From contig JBMYRF010000020.1 in NCBI GenBank assembly GCA_049602075.1, forward strand, positions 68,240 to 132,239: 64,000 bases of DNA, given 5' to 3'. The stretch's first letter is position 1; each line of letters starts with the position of its first letter. The position numbers and the translations under genes were made by a program. The notes under the pieces are model-generated. The model ran no database searches and was not told the origin of the DNA. It worked only from the letters and a program-made list of their open reading frames with translations. The stretch is from Rubripirellula sp. (lineage in GTDB: Bacteria > Planctomycetota > Planctomycetia > Pirellulales > Pirellulaceae). Positions 58,439 through 64,000 of this stretch are shown here, in pieces.

Positions 58439-59812
58439 TCAGTCCCACCACCATTGGCCATCCGCCAAGTTGGAAGGGCCAGCACTTTGCTTGGCTTGAT
58501 TGTTCTCACCCTGATCGATAACCAGGTGATCCTTGTTGAACGCAGTCCGCGGCTTCATTTGAACGCCGCCCCCGAGTGGGGTCATCAAGTTGTTGCCACG
58601 CCAGATTGCATTGACAGCGGTTTCGACTTGATCTGGAGCGTTGTACGTTTCGATCGAGAACTTGCTTTCATCCATCAACAAAGGCATGTTCCATTCGGCT
58701 TGGCCATAGAAGTCTTGGTCTTGGATGTAAGCGGCGGCGATTGCCACATCGATCAGTTGTCGCAGTTCAGCGTAGATGCGAACTTTTTGGGCGATCTCTG
58801 GGAACTGCTTGGTGAAATCTTGGCAGAACGCTTGGCTCGCTTTGTTGACTCGACCGCTAGCGGTTCGACGACCGTTGGCGACGCGCTCATTCGCACCGAC
58901 AAGTTGGACGCCGCGCTCTTTGATCTTCATCGCCATTCCATCTTCACTCACGGCAATGCCGTCGTAGTTTGGTTGGAAATACCAGCGTTCCATCGCGTTG
59001 GCCGCGATTGTGTTCGGGTTGGCACGCTCCACGTAGCTCATCATTCGAACCGGCAGCTTTTCCAAGCCAATGCCGACAAGCTTCATTCGGTAATCGGCTT
59101 CAACCAACACGCGGGCAAAGTGCGAGGTGTTGGGGATTCCACGGAAAGTGACAGTTTGAAGACCGAGATTTTGCTTCAGTCCGTTCGCCAATCGTCTCGC
59201 GTCACTTGGTTGCAAGCGACCGCGAACCGAAGCGAGAAATTGATTCATTTGCTTCAACCCTTCCTGCGTCGGATCGATCGAAACACTGATCACCGGGGTC
59301 GGCTGTTGGCCTGGGGCGTAAGCGCGAAGTGCGGTGACTAGATCTTCCAGCAACACGACGGGTTGGCCCGATTCCATTCCGATCAAGCGTTCAGTCGGGT
59401 CAGCGAAGAAGCCTTCGGCCGGACCAGCGATCACGATGTCTTTCGTATCTGGATAATAGAAGACGTGTTTGACGGCGGTTAATCCCGCCAACGCCTTCAT
59501 CTCATCTGGTAACGGCTGACCCGCTTTCTGGGCTTCCGCGATGGCTGCTTCCAAGCGGTTGAGCGAAATTTTTCGCAGCTCGCTAGGTTGCATCACATTC
59601 GCATCGTCATTGGCTCTTGCGGCGGCTAACCGCTGCTGAGCCAATCGCGGATCGAACTGCCGGACCCGTAATACCCCAGTGGCATCCACGTCGATGCCCG
59701 CGATGGGAGCTCCGATCAGTGTGGACTGGCCATGGGCGGGCGCCGCAACGCAAGCGGCGAGAAGGATCAGGCATAGGCCGGTCAGCGGCCGCAGTAGTAA
59801 AGAGAGTTTCAT
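58439..59812 (-). CDS. DUF1598 domain-containing secreted protein
   Basis: Signal peptide from ATG 59812. ELRKISLNRLE, DIVIAGPAEG, SVSIDPT, VLVEADYRMKLVGIG, RWYF, YAELRQLID, GGGV. Confidence 0.85.
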   Translation of the reverse strand: MKLSLLLRPLTGLCLILLAACVAAPAHGQSTLIGAPIAGIDVDATGVLRVRQFDPRLAQQRLAAARANDDANVMQPSELRKISLNRLEAAIAEAQKAGQPLPDEMKALAGLTAVKHVFYYPDTKDIVIAGPAEGFFADPTERLIGMESGQPVVLLEDLVTALRAYAPGQQPTPVISVSIDPTQEGLKQMNQFLASVRGRLQPSDARRLANGLKQNLGLQTVTFRGIPNTSHFARVLVEADYRMKLVGIGLEKLPVRMMSYVERANPNTIAANAMERWYFQPNYDGIAVSEDGMAMKIKERGVQLVGANERVANGRRTASGRVNKASQAFCQDFTKQFPEIAQKVRIYAELRQLIDVAIAAAYIQDQDFYGQAEWNMPLLMDESKFSIETYNAPDQVETAVNAIWRGNNLMTPLGGGVQMKPRTAFNKDHLVIDQGENNQAKQSAGPSNLADGQWWWD

Positions 59813-60291
59813 GGTGAAGTTGGGCTGGCAAGAACACCAGAGCACGAGGGAGACTCTGCCGGAATCGGTTCGGGCACGACAAGTTCAATCTTCGAGTTTA
59901 GTCGGCCTCCGAGAGGCTCTCAACAAAATTCGGGAAGGATCGGCGATGGACTACGAAAGTCCTTTTATTGCAGTCCTAACGGCTGTAGCGGTCAAGGGAA
60001 CCATGCATGGCGAGGGGCGTTTCGGTGAGAACCGTGACAGTCTGCCACGGATGCATCCGCTCGTTTCAAACGAAACCGTACTAATTTCCCCCAAAATGTA
60101 GGGTGAGGAGACCGCGTATCGATGTTGCGTGAATCAAACTCTGAAGGCTACCTCGGCCTATTTGGTGCGCCGACAGGGCGTGGTGTTGCCGCAGAGAGAC
60201 CAGTTGTTTCTCGATGATTTTTCGCAGGATCAAACGGAAAAAATGGGCAAATCTCTTCCAAGCATGGCTCCACTGATGGGAAATGCCCCTC

Positions 60292-60339
60292 CTGAACCCC
60301 CATATTCACGACTGAACCCCCATACTCACGACTGAACCC
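60292..60339. repeat. 20-bp direct repeat x2.4 (CTGAACCCCCATA(T/C)TCACGA)
   Basis: Three CTGAACCC cores at 20-bp spacing, ending about 40 bp before the traX-like start. Confidence 0.88.
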
Positions 60340-60380
60340 GATGCATCCGGCTGGCCCAATGATCGCCACTCGTCACTGAA

Positions 60381-61145
60381 ATGAACTCCCCGTCCTCCCG
60401 CACCAAAAACAATCGCCAGACGACCAATTCCACGCGGAATCGTGCGTTGGATAGTCTGCGAGGTTTGGCGATTGGGTTGATGCTGGTTGATCACTCGGCT
60501 GGCATCCTGTTTGGATTGACGATTCGAGATTCGCCGGTGCGGTGGGTTACTCGTCTAGCCATGCCCCTGTTCTGTGTTTTGATGGGGTACTTTTTGCGTG
60601 AAGATCGTCGAAACGATTGGAAGCGACCGGCACAGATCTTGGCGGCCTGCGTCGCTGTCAACTGCTTGTTTTATCCCCTCTATGGGTCGGTCGAGATTCT
60701 GGGCAGCTTACTGCTGACCTATCTGGTCTTTGTGATCAGTGGCCGTTGTTTTCCGTTTTGCGTGCTGGCGATCGCGTTTTATCCCATCGATCCGTTGCGG
60801 GCGTGGCTCGATTATCCACCGACCATCGTGCTCAGCTTTGTTGCCCAGGGAGCGTTGTTACGCCGTTTTGGAATGACGGCGGCGGGACTATCTGGAGTTT
60901 GGCTGGCATTCGCTGCGGTCTGGATCGATCGCTTGGAGCCGAATGGCGTGAACCAGCGATTGTGTCTGTTTATTTTGCCTGCGACCCTACTTGTTTTCTT
61001 CGGCAGTCAATTTCCAGCCAAGCGGTTGCCTGGATTCGATTGGCTGGGCCGTCATCCGCTGGAGGTCTATGTCGGCCAGTATTATGCGATCTTCATCCTG
61101 TTCTGGGTTTTGGAAGCACTTCGTGAAGCTGGCTTTGAGTTTTGA
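60381..61145 (+). CDS. TraX-like membrane acyltransferase
   Basis: DSLRGLAIGLMLVDH...TRLAMPLF resembles the TraX signature (K..A...M..DH...GR.AFP.F). Polytopic. C-terminal LGRHPLEVY. Confidence 0.65.
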   Translation: MNSPSSRTKNNRQTTNSTRNRALDSLRGLAIGLMLVDHSAGILFGLTIRDSPVRWVTRLAMPLFCVLMGYFLREDRRNDWKRPAQILAACVAVNCLFYPLYGSVEILGSLLLTYLVFVISGRCFPFCVLAIAFYPIDPLRAWLDYPPTIVLSFVAQGALLRRFGMTAAGLSGVWLAFAAVWIDRLEPNGVNQRLCLFILPATLLVFFGSQFPAKRLPGFDWLGRHPLEVYVGQYYAIFILFWVLEALREAGFEF

Positions 61146-61157
61146 TTGCCGGCGAAC

Positions 61158-61185
61158 GTCTGTCTGTCTGTCTGTCTGTCTGTCT
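61158..61185. repeat. (GTCT)7 tetranucleotide microsatellite
   Basis: Seven perfect units 12 bp after the traX-like stop. Confidence 0.93.
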
Positions 61186-61440
61186 GTGTCAGATTCACGG
61201 CCTGCCGTCGATGGGCAAAAGTTCACTGGCTTCCCCGCTTGCTTCCCCGCTTCGGTCGCCAGTTCAGTTCGAGGATTGATTGGGTCAGGGCCTTCGGGGG
61301 AGTGGTTTTGCTCTCCAGTCAGACTGAGCAACTCTCCGCTAGGACTACCGCAGAACCGGGCAAAGTCTAAAATCTGCTCGCATCGACGGCCGATTTAACG
61401 TGGCCGTGCTCCTGAACCTCAAAGAAATGAAAACGAACAA

Positions 61441-62916
61441 ATGAGTGGTGACTGCGATTTTGGTCTGATTGGGTTGGCGGTGATGGGTGAGAACCTGGCC
61501 CTGAACGTCGAAAGTCGCGGCTACAAAGTCGCCGTCTTTAACCGCACCACCGAGAAAGTGGACGACCTAATCAACGGTCGCGCCGCCGGCAAAAATTTCG
61601 TGGGTACCCATTCCATCGAGGAATTTGTCAAGTCGGTCAAGCGGCCGCGAAAGCTGATGATGTTGGTCAAAGCGGGGCCTGCCGTCGACAAGTTGATCGA
61701 ATCACTGATCCCGCTTTGCGAGCCGGGCGACATCATCATCGACGGTGGTAATACGCATTACGCCGATACCGAGCGTCGGACCAAGGTGGTCGAAGAGGCT
61801 GGACTGCAGTACGTGGGCTGCGGCGTTTCCGGTGGAGAGGAGGGAGCGCTCAAGGGCCCTAGTTTGATGCCCGGCGGCAGCGAGGCGGCTTGGCCCGAGG
61901 TCAAGGAAATGTTTCAGGCAATTGCGGCCAAGGTGGGTCCCAACGACGATATCCCCTGCTGCGAATGGGTTGGTCCCCGTGGGGCCGGACACTATGTCAA
62001 AATGGTCCACAACGGAATCGAATACGGCGATATGCAGTTGATTTGCGAGGCCTATCAATTGCTTCGCGAGTTGGGTGGTTTGACCAATGACGAGCTGTAC
62101 GACGTCTTCGAGACTTGGAATCAGGGTGATCTGCAAAGCTATTTGATTGAGATCACGCGAGATATCTTCAGTGTTAAAGACGACCAAGGCGGCGAAGGTT
62201 TCCTTGTCGACAAAATCCTCGATGTTGCCGGGGCCAAGGGGACTGGCAAGTGGATGAGCCAGTTGGCGCTCGATCTTGGGGTTCCCAGCACCCTTGTCAC
62301 GACCGCCGTCTTTGCCCGTGGCTTGTCAGCTCAGAAACAAGCCCGCGTTCGCGCCAGCGAGAAACTCAATGGCCCCAGTGAGTCGATGAACACCGAGATG
62401 TCGGCGGTCGCGAAGAAGTTGGTCGGGGACCGGGTGGCTTTCATTGAGGCGGTCCGCCAAGCCCTCTACGCTTCAAAAATCGTCAGTTACGCACAGGGTT
62501 TCGTGCAACTGCAAGCCGCTTCCGACGAACATGATTGGGACCTCGACTATGGCAACTCGGCTTTGCTGTGGCGGGGAGGGTGCATCATTCGCGCGGTATT
62601 CCTCGATCGCATCAAAGAAGCCTTTGACGAAGATCCGAAGCTGGAAAATCTACTGCTTCACCCGTTCTTTGAAAAAGCCGTCGAAGACGCGCAGGAATCG
62701 TGGCGAGCGGTTGTCGCTGCCGCCTCGGTGCTGGGAATCCCTGTCCCTGCCTTCAGTACCGCTTTGTGCTATTACGACGGGTATCGAATGGGCCGCTTAC
62801 CAGCCAACCTCCTGCAAGCGCAGCGAGATTACTTTGGTGCTCATACGTATCAACGAGTCGACAAGGAGGGTGCTTTTCACAGCGAGTGGATCCAGTTGCG
62901 CAAGCAGCCTGAGTAA
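61441..62916 (+). CDS. gnd: 6-phosphogluconate dehydrogenase, decarboxylating (NADP+)
   Basis: GLIGLAVMGENL, IIIDGGN, VSGGEEGA, VKMVHNGIEYGDMQ, KGTGKW, LWRGGCII, QAQRDYFGAHTY. Confidence 0.97.
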   Translation: MSGDCDFGLIGLAVMGENLALNVESRGYKVAVFNRTTEKVDDLINGRAAGKNFVGTHSIEEFVKSVKRPRKLMMLVKAGPAVDKLIESLIPLCEPGDIIIDGGNTHYADTERRTKVVEEAGLQYVGCGVSGGEEGALKGPSLMPGGSEAAWPEVKEMFQAIAAKVGPNDDIPCCEWVGPRGAGHYVKMVHNGIEYGDMQLICEAYQLLRELGGLTNDELYDVFETWNQGDLQSYLIEITRDIFSVKDDQGGEGFLVDKILDVAGAKGTGKWMSQLALDLGVPSTLVTTAVFARGLSAQKQARVRASEKLNGPSESMNTEMSAVAKKLVGDRVAFIEAVRQALYASKIVSYAQGFVQLQAASDEHDWDLDYGNSALLWRGGCIIRAVFLDRIKEAFDEDPKLENLLLHPFFEKAVEDAQESWRAVVAAASVLGIPVPAFSTALCYYDGYRMGRLPANLLQAQRDYFGAHTYQRVDKEGAFHSEWIQLRKQPE

Positions 62917-63259
62917 AGGTTTGATGTCTTATCCGGTATTCGCAACTGATTCGGTCCCCGCGCGGCAAAGAAGTCACGCGGGCACTCCCTCGGCCCGACC
63001 TGGTGTTGGGCCCTCACCGATCACTCCAGCCCTCTCGTGTTGTCGACGCGGTCCCGAGAGGCTTCAGAGTGCATGGATCGCAATCCTGCAAAATGCTTGC
63101 GACGACCGCTGCAGTGGCTCTGGTGGATTGCTACTGAGACTTCGGCTCGATCTGGTAGCGGGTTTCAGCCCTGGTTTCGGCTGGCGATGGTCGCTTGGCC
63201 GAAGACGGCAGCGTTGGAGATCGGTGTTGTCGGGCTGCTCACTTCGCGATCTCGTCCCG

Positions 63260-63676
63260 CTAGCCAGCTAAAACCCTGAGAATCTTGAGGAAAGGGTTCA
63301 CTTCTCCCGACGTTTTCTGCCCCCGAGCGAGCACGAGCATTTCGTCGACTGCGGTTTGAAATGATTCCCAGCTGAGACCGTGTTGAGCAGGGATTTCGCT
63401 GAGCTCGACCGCCAGTTTTTCAGCCCGTAGCTGGCTTGTCGAGGAGTCACCGCTGCAGGCCCTCAGGGCTGCGAGAATCTCTTCATCGCGAAGCTGGGGT
63501 GGCAAGCGAGCCTCTTCCAAAACTGCGGCGACGATCAATCCGGCCACATCAATTGAGCCGTCTTCAACCTCGACGGCGGTGTCAATCGTGGCACACGAGG
63601 CTGCGGTGGCAAACCTTTTTGAGCGGCGTTTTGCGGACGCTTTGAGCTTCCGCTTGAAATCTCTCGAATTCGGCAT
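63260..63676 (-). CDS. Hypothetical protein
   Basis: 138 aa from ATG 63676, basic N-terminus and helical body, directly downstream of the thioredoxin-like gene. Confidence 0.6.
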   Translation of the reverse strand: MPNSRDFKRKLKASAKRRSKRFATAASCATIDTAVEVEDGSIDVAGLIVAAVLEEARLPPQLRDEEILAALRACSGDSSTSQLRAEKLAVELSEIPAQHGLSWESFQTAVDEMLVLARGQKTSGEVNPFLKILRVLAG

Positions 63677-63760
63677 GGCAGCAACTTGGCGAGCGGTATC
63701 AGCGACCGCCGCGTCAGCGATCCCCCGTCGGCATCGCTGTTTTCCTCGGAAGCTTCGCAC

Positions 63761-64000
63761 TCAGTTTAGAAGTTCGTCAAGTTCTTTCTCGAGCTCGGCG
63801 GCCCGTACGTTGTGTCGAACGACCTTTCCAGCTTGGTCAATCAGCATCATCGTTGGCAGGGTCTGCACACCAAATTGCTTGGCAAGCCCGCTCGATTCCA
63901 GTCCGCCCGGTTCGTAGAGTTGCGTCCAAGGGAGCTGGTTCGCCTTCAGGAAAGTCTTTGCCTGCTGCTCGGTGATGTCGACGTTCACCCCGACTAGTTG
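63761..64000 (-). CDS. TlpA/redoxin-family thioredoxin-like protein, C-terminal part (5' end outside window)
   Basis: LVGVNVD...LPWTQLYEPGGLESSGLAKQFGVQTLPTMMLIDQAGKVV with the cis-Pro motif typical of TlpA/AhpC-TSA folds. Confidence 0.8.
   Translation of the reverse strand, partial: QLVGVNVDITEQQAKTFLKANQLPWTQLYEPGGLESSGLAKQFGVQTLPTMMLIDQAGKVVRHNVRAAELEKELDELLN

Noticed and set aside
58454-59341. Long antisense or alternative-frame ORFs (also 7037-7681, 36854-37405, 53309-53947, 62444-63271)
   Set aside because: They overlap well-supported genes, have no recognisable motifs, and are expected shadows of GC-rich codon usage.

Overview
Chromosomal segment of a planctomycete, most likely Pirellulaceae (Rhodopirellula/Stieleria-like). 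This is inferred from DUF1559 prepilins, FG-GAP/ASPIC-UnbV lipoproteins, DUF1598 and an H4MPT-pathway pterin-binding protein. I saw no transposase, integrase, phage gene, rRNA or CRISPR array. The first ~20 kb is one cell-envelope cluster around tRNA-His. It holds two paralogous DUF1559 prepilin-like genes, two 62-71 aa lipoproteins, four ~1000 aa TPR + FG-GAP + ASPIC/UnbV lipoproteins, and a translationally coupled pair: a 7-CXXCH multiheme cytochrome c and a TPR-only lipoprotein that stops at the point where its paralogs begin the FG-GAP domain. The rest of the window contains an orphan ABC ATPase with an HTTM-like gene pair, an EF-hand/PD40 fusion, a two-gene upxY-gmd unit divergent from a polysaccharide-export gene, and a T2SS/T4P-like operon. 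In that operon the secretin-like protein has only periplasmic N domains and no pseudopilin gene follows. There is also a degenerate MurE-like protein, a 4-domain S1 paralog, two DUF1598 genes flanking an Ate/Bpt transferase, a TraX-like gene, and housekeeping genes (map, der, family-4 UDG, gnd). Short 13-21 bp tandem duplications are common throughout. All family assignments come from motifs recognised by eye; no database search was run.
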